Below, in pieces: positions 50,930-60,416 of a stretch of 64,000 bases of DNA. A program made the translations under genes and the position numbers. Source of the DNA: a bacterium (GTDB taxonomy: Bacteria > SAR324 > NAC60-12); assembly GCA_965209155.1 (NCBI GenBank), contig OZ242383.1, positions 3,520,001 to 3,584,000 of the forward strand. The letters are read 5' to 3'. Position 1 is the first letter of the stretch. The number at the start of each line of letters is the position of its first letter. The notes beneath the pieces are model-generated. The model was not told the origin of the DNA. It saw only the letters and a program-made list of their open reading frames with translations, and did no database searches.

Positions 50930-51496
50930 AGTCATCACCACCGGCAGAGCCGGTGGCTTGAAGAGGCCCCCAGTATGAGGGCAAAACGTGTTCGTCATCG
51001 TAAGACGTGCTCGTGCTCGTGAACGAAAAAGGCTGCCATGTTAGATCATGAAAAACTCGATGTATACCAATGTTCCATCGAATTTTTAGCGTTATCTGTC
51101 CAAGTCATCGAAACATTGCCAAAAGGATACTCAGCCTTAGTTGACCAACTGAAAAGGGCCTCATGGTCGATTCCTCTCAATATCGCAGAAGGCTGTGGAA
51201 AAAATTCCTTTCCTGACAAGCAACGATTCTATGCATTGGCCCGAGGTTTCGCAATGGAATGCGCTGCTATTCTCGATGTTTTAAACGTGTTGAAGATCAT
51301 CCAGCCTCCTTTATTTGACGAAGGGAAACAGTTACTTCATCGCATTGTTTCTATGTTAACCAAAATCTGCCGTCGAATTCACTGACCGTTCACGAGCACG
51401 AGCACGGCTCACGGACACGGATACGTTTCTCATGTCTGACCGGCAAAGCCTATTAGGTTCGCACCAGCAGAGTTGGTGGTTTAATGAGATTAATTA
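50930..51496 (+). mobile_element. Four-helix-bundle element, copy 4 (567 bp)
   Basis: Terminal hairpins, plus 20-bp IR at 51006-51025 and 51387-51406 around the gene. Confidence 0.9.
51038..51385 (+). CDS. Four-helix-bundle protein (23S rRNA IVS protein/bAvd-like)
   Basis: HEKLDVYQ..DQLKRASWSIPLNIAEG..RF..ARG(S>F)AMEC. Confidence 0.88.
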   Translation: MLDHEKLDVYQCSIEFLALSVQVIETLPKGYSALVDQLKRASWSIPLNIAEGCGKNSFPDKQRFYALARGFAMECAAILDVLNVLKIIQPPLFDEGKQLLHRIVSMLTKICRRIH

Positions 51497-51528
51497 AATT
51501 TCAACTCCTGATTCGCATATCACTTTGT

Positions 51529-51909
51529 TTATTTTACAACAGTTGACGGGATATTGGGACTGTTTGGATTGACCGTCACTTTTCGTAATCGGGGATTGAT
51601 GATTAAATCCATATCTTCCAGGGGAACCGAACCCAACAATACGGAATCACCCATCATCAAAGCGCCGGTGAAGCAATTACGGTTTTCAAAATGTACCTGA
51701 AGGGGACCTGCGTAAGGAACCGTGATCACCCTCCCATCTGCAGTCGTAACTTCGCTTTTTTCCAACTCATTCAGTTGCAATTGGATAACGATCCGTTCCG
51801 GAATACAAACCGTAACGGCGTCCGTATCAACGAGAGCCTTCACTCTAACTGGTTTTAAAGCGCTTTTTTTCGGATTTATCAATTCGATATCCGTGTAAAT
51901 CAATCCCAC
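51529..51909 (-). CDS. Clan AA aspartic protease-like protein (DTG changed to DTD)
   Basis: GLIYTDIELINP..ALVDTDA..TADG..LLG..PLEDMDL. GTG start inferred. Confidence 0.75.
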   Translation of the reverse strand: MGLIYTDIELINPKKSALKPVRVKALVDTDAVTVCIPERIVIQLQLNELEKSEVTTADGRVITVPYAGPLQVHFENRNCFTGALMMGDSVLLGSVPLEDMDLIINPRLRKVTVNPNSPNIPSTVVK

Positions 51910-52304
51910 AAATTTTCTCGCGGAATAATTCGGGTCGAGATGAATTTTCCGCCATCCTTTCCCATTACCTGGATTCAGTTGCTTCTGCCTTTCAATCCTT
52001 TTCGATTTTTTACGACTTGTCTTTCCTGCCGAACAGTCAGCGCGGCGTATTTTGCGCGACATTCATGTTTTAACGGACAATACCGTCACGTGTCAAGAGA
52101 CACGTCAAAAATGTTGAAAAAAATCAGCATAGCGGAGTGATCGAGCCCTGGTCCGGATGCGGCGCGTCACTTGACTTGTTCTCGCGCCCGTGGGAAGTTG
52201 ATTTGATTGGAAGCGGCAATGGTTGTGGATTTGCATGTCTTGAATCATGCATCGCACTTTGCCGGTATTTTCGGAATCTTCAAAATATTAAGACACGCGT
52301 CTTC

Positions 52305-53519
52305 ATGAAACCGACCTATTCTCCTCCTGATTTAGTACCGTTGAGTAATCTTTTACCCACCGAACCCTTGTTGCTGATGGGCGCGGGCCCGGTTCCGCTC
52401 CCCTATGCGGTTGCCCAGGCGAACAGCGTGGTCATCAGTCATCTCGGTGAAACCATGGACGCGGTGGTGAAAAGGGTCAAAACAATGGCTCAATACGCCT
52501 TCCAGACCAGCTCGGATAAAATCATCGGGGTGGCCGGTCCTTCCTCCGCGTCGATGGAGATGGCCATCACCAATTTGTTGTGGCCGGGAAGAAAAGCCCT
52601 GGTCCTGGCCACCGGAACCTTCAGCGGGCGCTTCGGGGAGATGGCGCGTGGCGTGGGAGCGGAGGTCACCATCCTGAAATCTGAGACCGCTAAGCCCGTG
52701 ACCGCTGAAATGGTCAGCTCGGCTCTCGAAAAAGACCATTTTGACGTGGTGACGCTGGTGCAGGGAGAAACCTCTTCGGGCGTTTTGAACAAAGAGATGC
52801 CGGAAATCACTTGTCTCGCCAAGCAGCATGGGGCTCTGGTAATCGTCGACGCGGTCTGTACGCTGACCACAATGCCCATGCCCATGGATCAATGGCAGGT
52901 CGACGTGCTGATCACCGGGGGGCAAAAAGGTCTTTCTTCGATTCCGGGCGTTTCCATCCTGGCATTTTCAGCAGCAGCCTGGGAAGTGATCGAAAAACGC
53001 AACGCGCCAGTGCCGCACTGGTGTCTCGATGCGAAGCTGGCTCAACGTTTTTGGGGGAACCAGCAGTACCATTACACCGCGCCGGTGCCTGGAATTCTGG
53101 CCCTCCACGAGGCATTGCGATTGATTTGTCTGGAAACGCTGGAAAAACGCTTCGAGCGTCACCACATGAGTTCCACCGCCTTACAAGCCGGGATCGAGGC
53201 GATGGGATTGCGCCTCTTCGTTCCCCGGGAATACCGCTTGAATGCCGTCGTATCGATTGCGCTACCCGAAGGAATTGAAAGCGTCCGTTTGCGCAAGTAC
53301 ATGTCGGACGTCTTTCACGTGGAAATTGCCGGGGCCTTCGGTCTCAATATCGTACGCATCGGACAGATGGGGGAACAATGCCGCTCGCACAATTTGTTCA
53401 AAGTCTTATACGCCCTGGGAATGAGTTTCAAGCAGGTAGGACTGGAATTGAACGTCAGCGCCGGTATGGCCACCCTGGAAGAAAACCTGGTGCAGGATTC
53501 CGAACATTTCGTAGACTGA
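52305..53519 (+). CDS. Alanine-glyoxylate/serine-pyruvate aminotransferase (class V PLP)
   Basis: LLMGAGP, ETSSGVLN, VDAV, GGQKGLS..PG, RIGQMG. Confidence 0.9.
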   Translation: MKPTYSPPDLVPLSNLLPTEPLLLMGAGPVPLPYAVAQANSVVISHLGETMDAVVKRVKTMAQYAFQTSSDKIIGVAGPSSASMEMAITNLLWPGRKALVLATGTFSGRFGEMARGVGAEVTILKSETAKPVTAEMVSSALEKDHFDVVTLVQGETSSGVLNKEMPEITCLAKQHGALVIVDAVCTLTTMPMPMDQWQVDVLITGGQKGLSSIPGVSILAFSAAAWEVIEKRNAPVPHWCLDAKLAQRFWGNQQYHYTAPVPGILALHEALRLICLETLEKRFERHHMSSTALQAGIEAMGLRLFVPREYRLNAVVSIALPEGIESVRLRKYMSDVFHVEIAGAFGLNIVRIGQMGEQCRSHNLFKVLYALGMSFKQVGLELNVSAGMATLEENLVQDSEHFVD

Positions 53520-53531
53520 AGGGATGCCACT

Positions 53532-54983
53532 TTGAACCCGCTGAGCGCTCAACCTGCGTTGTCCCGCTCCATTTCAAAAACGAAATCAGACGTGGAAGCC
53601 ATACAGCTTTTCTTTGACAAGGGAACGCTCCTGCTCGCCAACCTACCGGAAACGCTGCTGCCTTTGCTTCCCGGAATGGAATGGGACAAACGCACTCGAA
53701 ACCACCGCGCCCCTGCTTATTGCTACCGTGATATCTTGCTGGTATTGAAGGATCACCACGTGCTCTTCGAAGACCATGCCCGTCAATTCGAATCCCGGGA
53801 CTTTCCTTTGCAAAAAACGGTCGAAGCGCGCCCCTACCAACAGGCGGCCATGCGAGCCTGGCAGGGGCAGGGATCGCTCGGCATCGTGGCCTTACCGACA
53901 GGCTCCGGTAAAACGCTGCTGGCCGTGTTGCTCATTGAAAAAACCCGGCGTCCCACCTTGGTTCACGTGCCCACCATCGACCTGATGCAACAATGGCATT
54001 CGGTGCTCCGGCAGTACTTTGCCACGGAGATCGGTTTGTTGGGTGGGGGTTATCACGAATTCCAACCTCTGACGGTGGCAACTTACGATTCGGCCTTATT
54101 GCACGTGGCCCACAAAGGCAATCGCTTCGGGTTGGTCATCTTTGACGAATGCCACCATTTGCCCGGAGAACAGTATCAATACGCGGCAATCAGCAGCATC
54201 GCTCCTTTTCGACTCGGTTTGACCGCCACTCCGGAAGGCGACGAGGAGCGTACTTCCTTGTTGTACAAGCTCTCCGGACCCTTGTGCTACCAGGCGCATA
54301 TCCATGAATTGGAGGGAAAAACTCTGGCTCCTTACCAGGTGGTTACCTTGCGTGTGGAAATGAGCAGGGAGGAACGGGTAGAATATGAAATCGCTCGCAA
54401 AATTTACACCGATTTCTTAAGGCAAGAACGAATCGTTTTCAGCCATCCCAATAGCTGGAGCAGGTTCATCTGGAAAGCAAGTCGCACTCCGCAAGGACGC
54501 GAAGCCTTCAAAGCCTACCGTACCCAAAAACAACTGAGCCAGGCGTCTGCAGCAAAAATCGAAAGAATCTGGCAATTGATTCAGCAGCATCGTGGAGATC
54601 GCATCATTGTTTTCACCCACGACAACGAAATGGCCTATCGCATCGGCAATCTCTTTGTTCTTCCCGTCCTCACCCACCATACCAAAATGAAAGAACGCGA
54701 AGATTTCCTGCAATCCTTCCGCGAAGGAACCTACTCGATCCTGGTGACTTCGAAAGTGCTCAATGAAGGAGTGGACGTCCCTGAAGCCAACGTGGCCATC
54801 GTGGTTTCCGGAAGTGGTAGCGTGAGAGAGCACGTGCAGCGTCTCGGACGCATCCTACGGGGACGACCGGGAAAACAGGCATACCTCTATGAACTGGTCT
54901 CTAAAAGAACCGGGGAACACTACGTCAACGAAAGACGACGCCGGCACCGGGCCTACCAAAACAACAACCAATCCTCCCCCTGA
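53532..54983 (+). CDS. SF2 helicase, XPB/Rad25-like
   Basis: LPTGSGKT, DECHH, LTAT, EGVDVP, QRLGRILR. Confidence 0.88.
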   Translation: MNPLSAQPALSRSISKTKSDVEAIQLFFDKGTLLLANLPETLLPLLPGMEWDKRTRNHRAPAYCYRDILLVLKDHHVLFEDHARQFESRDFPLQKTVEARPYQQAAMRAWQGQGSLGIVALPTGSGKTLLAVLLIEKTRRPTLVHVPTIDLMQQWHSVLRQYFATEIGLLGGGYHEFQPLTVATYDSALLHVAHKGNRFGLVIFDECHHLPGEQYQYAAISSIAPFRLGLTATPEGDEERTSLLYKLSGPLCYQAHIHELEGKTLAPYQVVTLRVEMSREERVEYEIARKIYTDFLRQERIVFSHPNSWSRFIWKASRTPQGREAFKAYRTQKQLSQASAAKIERIWQLIQQHRGDRIIVFTHDNEMAYRIGNLFVLPVLTHHTKMKEREDFLQSFREGTYSILVTSKVLNEGVDVPEANVAIVVSGSGSVREHVQRLGRILRGRPGKQAYLYELVSKRTGEHYVNERRRRHRAYQNNNQSSP

Positions 54984-55329
54984 GACCTGCGGCGAGACTC
55001 CACTTTCTCCTGGAGGTCGGGTTGTTCATAGACAGTCACTCCTTCTCGAAGGGCGGCGTGGAGTACGCTTCCCACCACGTCACCTCGATTCGCGATTTCA
55101 TCCGGCGTGGTCACCACGATGTCCTTACTGACAGGGAGGTCGCCTAGAGATCGTCTTATCTCTCATGGTAGAAATGATTATCTCAACGGTCATTGCGTAG
55201 TCTCTTCATCGCGGATAAAGGATGTTTGCGAAAAAAACAAGGATATTTTTACAACTCTCATTCCAATGTGATGAATTGCTTCTTCCTTTTTGAAATCTTT
55301 AAAATTTATGAATTATTTTTGAAAAATAG

Positions 55330-55367
55330 TTTACATCTTGTTAGCACTCACTTATATTGAGTGCTAA
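55330..55367 (+). promoter_or_regulatory. CIRCE (HrcA operator) overlapping a sigma70 promoter upstream of the MFS gene
   Basis: Perfect TTAGCACTC-N9-GAGTGCTAA at 55341-55367. TTTACA (55330)-17 bp-TATATT. Confidence 0.88.
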
Positions 55368-55410
55368 TAATTTAATTCATAATCATATAATATTTCAGAA
55401 AAGGAATGCA

Positions 55411-56769
55411 TTGAACAATTCAGGTCATCAAACACAATTACCGAAACTCTTTCTGATTTGGAGTCTTTTGTTGGGCGTGGCATTGATCTCAATCGGCAGT
55501 GGGATGCAAGGCACCCTGCTGGGACTGAGGGCCTCTTTAGAAGACTTCAGCATAGACTCCATCGGCTTCATTATGTCGGTATTCTATATCGGCTTTCTCC
55601 TGGCTTCAAGAGTCGTGCCCGGCTGGGTGCGATTAGTAGGGCATATCCGCGTGTTTGCCGCCCTGGGTTCGATCGCGTCAGTAGCCATTCTCTTACATTC
55701 CACCATCATCGACCCGGCGATGTGGTCCTTGTTCCGCGCGTTGACGGGATTTTGCCTGTCCGGCCTGTACATGGTCTCGGAAAGTTGGCTGAACGCGATC
55801 ACCGGCAACGAGAACAGGGGTCGACTGCTGGCTGCGCACGTGTTCACCACCACGCTGGGATTCATCGGCGGGCAATTCCTGACAACACTGGCGTCCCCAC
55901 TGGGATTCGAATTGTTCATTTTTACCTCAGTCGTGCTGTCCGTTTCCATTGTACCTATGTTGCTGAGCGGGATTTCCGCTCCTTCGATTGCCTACGCGCA
56001 GCATATGGAGTTGTCCCGGTTGATCCGGCTGGCCCCCCTGGGTACCCTGGGCGTATTCGTACACGGCCTCACCTGTGGAGCCGTCGTATGGTTGACCGCG
56101 GTATTCGGTCAGCAAAGTGGTTTTAGCGCTGCTGAAAGCGCACTGATGGTCGGTATCCTCCTGTTCGGGGGGCTGGTGCTGATGCTGCCCGTCGGCAGAC
56201 TGTCCGATCGCCAGGACCGCCGTCGAACCTTGCTGGTATTGTCGGTTCTCGCCATTTGCGCGAGTCTTCTGGTACCCTTTGCCGCATGGTCTGGCAGGCT
56301 GTGGCTTCTGGTGGGCCTGTTGTTCCTGGTTGGCGGTACCATCTTGCCGTTTTATTCGGTCTCCATTTCCTTCATCAATGATCACGTGAGGAGCGAACAG
56401 ATCCTTTCGGTCAGCGGCAGTATTTTCTTTATCAGTGGCTTCGGTGGGCTTTTCGGTCCCCTGCTCAGTTCCCAAGCCATGAAATTCTTCGGTCCCGGCA
56501 GCCTGTTTATTTTTATAGCGCTGTTTTACATGCTGATGGCCGCCTACACGGTCTATCGTATGTCCGTGCGTGCCCCTATTTCCGCAGAAGATCAGTCCCA
56601 GGGTACAGTCATTATGATGCAAACCTCCCAGGTCATCGTTACGGAAGCCATGGATGAAACCGATCAGGGGGACCCGCTGGCACTAAAGAAGAGAGGCACC
56701 AATGCACAAAGGCACAAAGGGACAAAGGAAGAGAGGGGACTTGTGAAGGAACTGGTAACTGATAACTGA
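55411..56769 (+). CDS. MFS transporter (YcaD-like)
   Basis: VGHIRVF, ESWLN, GRLSDRQDRR, many TM segments. TTG start after AAGGA. The C-terminus runs into the repeat tract. Confidence 0.87.
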   Translation: MNNSGHQTQLPKLFLIWSLLLGVALISIGSGMQGTLLGLRASLEDFSIDSIGFIMSVFYIGFLLASRVVPGWVRLVGHIRVFAALGSIASVAILLHSTIIDPAMWSLFRALTGFCLSGLYMVSESWLNAITGNENRGRLLAAHVFTTTLGFIGGQFLTTLASPLGFELFIFTSVVLSVSIVPMLLSGISAPSIAYAQHMELSRLIRLAPLGTLGVFVHGLTCGAVVWLTAVFGQQSGFSAAESALMVGILLFGGLVLMLPVGRLSDRQDRRRTLLVLSVLAICASLLVPFAAWSGRLWLLVGLLFLVGGTILPFYSVSISFINDHVRSEQILSVSGSIFFISGFGGLFGPLLSSQAMKFFGPGSLFIFIALFYMLMAAYTVYRMSVRAPISAEDQSQGTVIMMQTSQVIVTEAMDETDQGDPLALKKRGTNAQRHKGTKEERGLVKELVTDN

Positions 56770-57086
56770 CAACTGGTGCTAAAGCGCCAAGGCACAAAAG
56801 AAGAGAGGCACAAAGGCACAAAGGCACAAAGGCACAAAGGAAGAGAGAAGCGCGAAGGAATTGATAACTGATTACTGTTAATTGACAACTGACAACTGAC
56901 AACCGATAACTGATAACTGGCGCTAAGGCGCCTAGGCACAAAGGGACAAAGGAAGAGAGGGGACTTGTGAAGGAACTGGTAACTGATAACTGACAACTGG
57001 TGCTAAAGCGCCAAGGCACAAAGGCACAAAGGGACAAAGGAAGAGAGGGGACTTGTGAAGGAACTGGTAACTGATAACTGATAACC
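56686..57086. repeat. Hierarchical tandem repeat (GGCACAAA 8-mers and ACTGAYA 7-mers inside ~88-130 bp units)
   Basis: GGGACAAAGGAAGAGAGGGGACTTGTGAAGGAACTGGTAACTGATAACTGA at 56719, 56943 and 57031, plus one degenerate unit. Confidence 0.9.
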
Positions 57087-57279
57087 GACCATTAGACTGC
57101 TTTCCTCCCCACGAATCAATCGGGGGGGATATTTGGCACATCGAAAAAAACAGGAAGAGATTCAGGCAAACATTCTGTGTGGTGGAGATTGCCATGTTTT
57201 CTCTTCCCAAGGCTTGACCTCATTTCTTCTGGCAGAGTTCCAGACTGGCAGACATACACACTGGAATACTTCGCACGAC

Positions 57280-57858
57280 TCAGATTTCCCAGTTCGACGC
57301 ATAGGAGCGGTTCATGAGCCGCTCCGCAAGTTCAATCAGTACAGACAGTGACTTGTTTAACCTGGCCGTCGTCGCGTCGTCGAGGTCTCCTCCGTCACCC
57401 CAATTTCCGTCGTGGGCATACACATTATACGGGCTGACAATGCACTTGAAGTCCAGCATCAGGGATGTTGCCAGCGACGTATACGCCATATAGCTGTGCG
57501 GTATGCCACCAGAATTGACAAACATAACAACCTTGTCAAAGAAAGCGCCTCGGAGCGACCCGTCTGGTGGCGTAGAGCCTATATACTCCACGAATTTCTT
57601 GATCTCAGCGCAACACGCCCAGTTATATACCGGACTGGCCAATATCAGCGCATCAGCTCCCGCAATGATCCTGTGACACGATAGGTAAACCTCGGATGCG
57701 TAAATCTCGTCGTCGTCGAAATTTGGCGGATTGAGTAGTCGAAGATCGATAAAGTCAACTGAATGCCCCAGTTCCTTTAGTGCGGTCCGACACATGGCAG
57801 CAAGTACCCTGCTGCGACTACCGGCATCGAGACTGCTGCTGACGACTGAAATCCTCAT
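57280..57858 (-). CDS. NADPH-dependent FMN reductase (flavodoxin-like)
   Basis: SSSL...SRS, ADA..ASPVYNW. ATG overlaps the upstream stop. Confidence 0.85.
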   Translation of the reverse strand: MRISVVSSSLDAGSRSRVLAAMCRTALKELGHSVDFIDLRLLNPPNFDDDEIYASEVYLSCHRIIAGADALILASPVYNWACCAEIKKFVEYIGSTPPDGSLRGAFFDKVVMFVNSGGIPHSYMAYTSLATSLMLDFKCIVSPYNVYAHDGNWGDGGDLDDATTARLNKSLSVLIELAERLMNRSYASNWEI

Positions 57859-58313
57859 TTGAAACTTCCCTCGTGACCGGCTTGATTCGTATAGCCTCCA
57901 CGAATGGCTTCGAATAATCCTGATTCGATCAACCATTTTTGACTATCTTGTATAAAATCCTGACCAGAAGTCCCTAAAATTTCGCTTAACCAAGACACAA
58001 CGATCAATTCAAAATTCTTTCCACTTATTTTTTCCAATGACAGACCGGATTTTTCGTAATACGGTTGCAAGAATGGTCCTGGTTCAATCTCATAAGTTGG
58101 CATGATTACTTCTGGTACGATTCCATTATCTTTCCATAGATAAAAATGATCGGGAAGCCCCAGCAGAAAGAAAGGAGTGCTCGGGAGCAACCCATGAGCA
58201 AGAATATTCCGGCGCATTTTCGCCGCCCATTGAGAAGAAGTCCCCAATTTACTCTTTATCTCCACAACAAGGGTTAGCTGCCCGTTGGTATCGTAAGCTA
58301 CTATATCGGCCAT
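57855..58313 (-). CDS. Hypothetical protein with PD-(D/E)XK-like N-terminus
   Basis: ADIVAYD..LVVEIK motif. Confidence 0.6.
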   Translation of the reverse strand: MADIVAYDTNGQLTLVVEIKSKLGTSSQWAAKMRRNILAHGLLPSTPFFLLGLPDHFYLWKDNGIVPEVIMPTYEIEPGPFLQPYYEKSGLSLEKISGKNFELIVVSWLSEILGTSGQDFIQDSQKWLIESGLFEAIRGGYTNQAGHEGSFK

Positions 58314-58577
58314 CTGTTGTATATTATTACCTATTTTAATTCTGGTGTTAACAATTTGAGTAAATTACCATTTCCATGTTTGATTGTCATCTATTTGCAG
58401 GATTTTTGAAATTACACCCTGAAATTTTCAGAAACATGGCATTTCTGCAATTCTACAGCGTTTAATCGGAAATTCGGCAGGATACTGATGTAATCCCCAT
58501 CGGGCGTCACGATGTGGGTCGGGCCGTTGTCGTTCCCGCTCCAGCGACCGTTCAATGGGTCAGGGATTCGCTGAGGG

Positions 58578-59009
58578 CTAGCACCCAATGCATCGAGAAT
58601 CCAGTGAACCAAGTTCACCGAGCAGTTCCACAATCTCTTCATACTGTTGACGGTCTGGCAACTCCGGGTATTCCTCGAACCCTCCGGAAGCGCCTTTGAG
58701 GGCCACCCGCATTCCGCTATCGAGGCTGGCGCCGCGCGAAATCAGCAACGGGATCAGCACCCTTCGCGCGTAGACGACTGCATAGTCGAGCGGCGTGGCA
58801 TCGCGATCCCGGTCCCGGAGGGTGAGATCCGCCCCGTGGTTCAGTAGCACCTCGACCGCGCCTCGTTTGTCTTGGTAGATCGCCCAGTGAATCGGAGGGG
58901 GCGCCTCCCCGGCGGCGTTGACGAGACCGGGACGCATTGTCAGCAGTTGCTCGATCCGGTCAACGTCATCGGCTTCGATTGCAGCGTACAAATCCTCAGT
59001 ATCGGGCAA
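58578..59009 (-). CDS. Ankyrin repeat protein
   Basis: PPIHWA..VEVLLNHGAD..TPLDYA..LLISRGA. TTG start inferred, since the longer ORF begins inside a repeat. Confidence 0.8.
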   Translation of the reverse strand: MPDTEDLYAAIEADDVDRIEQLLTMRPGLVNAAGEAPPPIHWAIYQDKRGAVEVLLNHGADLTLRDRDRDATPLDYAVVYARRVLIPLLISRGASLDSGMRVALKGASGGFEEYPELPDRQQYEEIVELLGELGSLDSRCIGC

Positions 59010-59039
59010 GACGTCTTCTTTTATTGAGAGTCGGATTAT

Positions 59040-59188
59040 TAAATACAATGATTTGTCATACTGGTCCCGGATCATCCTGGACTCGATCCGGGACCAGGAT
59101 GATCCGGCATCCATAATATCGTCCGTATCCCCCTGGATTCCTGAGCAGATCAGGAATGACACGTATATTCAATTCCTAATTTGCGTAT
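59040..59188 (-). repeat. Family B miniature element (reverse, degenerate)
   Basis: Reverse complement matches 50793-50929 (CGTGTCATTCCTG..CAGGAATCCAGGGG..CCGGATCATCCTGGTCCCGGATC). Confidence 0.72.
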
Positions 59189-60416
59189 TTTTTATAAATC
59201 TATCCAACTGTCAATAAAATCCGGACTGTTTTAAGGGATATATCATATTCAAAATACTGGGTAGTGTCTCAGTTTGAAAATTGATTTTTCAGAATAAGAA
59301 ACGCCGCAACTTAAACGAAGCAACGACCTTACAATATACTTTACTGGAGTATATTGTATTATAAGCAATATACACAAAAGCAGGTAACTCTTTCTTGCCT
59401 CGTTCACCATTTCTGGTAGAATTTTGAATATTCAGCATCTTGCGCTGCGTCGAAAACACGTTCAACGGATTCCGGATATGCGTACATTTACTTTCTGTTT
59501 GATCTTTCTGGTAGCAGCTTCCCTTCCATTTACCCTACACTCAAGTGAGTTAATCAAGGTGGCGAGTTGGAATATTGCAAATCTTCACCACGAGCCTGGA
59601 GTACCCCTGCGGTTCAAAGGGGTACAACGTGATGAGATAGACTATCAGCGTCTCCGTCAAGTGATCGAAGACTTGGATGCCGATATTCTGGCATTGCAGG
59701 AAATCGGCTCTCCTGCTGCACTGGGCCGGATCGTTCCGGAGGAGAAATACCACCTGATCGTTTCAGGTCGTTATCAACAGGGCAACGAATCACTCCCTCC
59801 TCAACAACGCGATATTTTTGTCGCCTTTGCGATTTCAAAGAAAACCTTCCCCCGACTTCCCAAGGTTCAAACCCTGGACGCGCTGTCGATCTGGCACCTG
59901 GACTTGTACAATGGGAAAACAGTGGAGCGAAAGACGCGGGCTGCGATGGTCGTCGAATTCGAATTGGAAGGACTCCCGGTCAAATTGCTGGCCGTGCACC
60001 TCAAATCGTTTTGTCATGGGTGGCCCCTGTTTCCGGTAGAAGATGAAGACTCCGAGACGAAAGTGGTATTCAATTCACGCTTCGCCTGCAGGACGCTTGT
60101 GGCGCAACATGCGATCCTGGAAAACTGGTTGGAACAACAGGCGGCGCAAGGCATCGCGACCATCGTGGCTGGTGACTTCAATCGCAGGATGAATCTCCCT
60201 TCCTCCGATTCTGGTGACGCGGATCACTTCTGGAAGGAACTCAACGACGGGAATCCCTCGGGTCTGGAATTCGTTAAGGGACCCAAAGGAAAGGATGATG
60301 TTTGCTGGCCGTTCCATGAGAAAAGATTCGAGGACCACATCGATTTCGTGGTGGTCGATAAGACCCTGCTGCGCAATGGACGATCGGTGGAATTTGTCAA
60401 GGTCAGCATGGGATAT

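Larger units (their letters stand above)
50793..51518. mobile_element. Family B miniature element interrupted by four-helix-bundle element copy 4
   Basis: Left end ACGTGAATCAAGAGTT (50793) and right end AACTCCTGATTCGCAT (51518) match 30442-30590. Confidence 0.75.

Noticed and set aside
50775..50984. Short ORFs within palindromic elements (also 10104-10345, 25624-25833, 33983-34270, 56639-57210)
   Set aside because: Translations of repeat DNA with no independent coding signal
51038..51385. Diversity-generating retroelement (Avd-like gene with near-identical repeats)
   Set aside because: No reverse transcriptase in the window, and differences between copies are not adenine-specific
55357..55410. 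N-terminal extension of the MFS ORF
   Set aside because: Starts inside the CIRCE/-10 region. The TTG at 55411 has an RBS
56686..57086. Possible CRISPR array
   Set aside because: No unique spacers, units are made of microrepeats, and there are no cas genes
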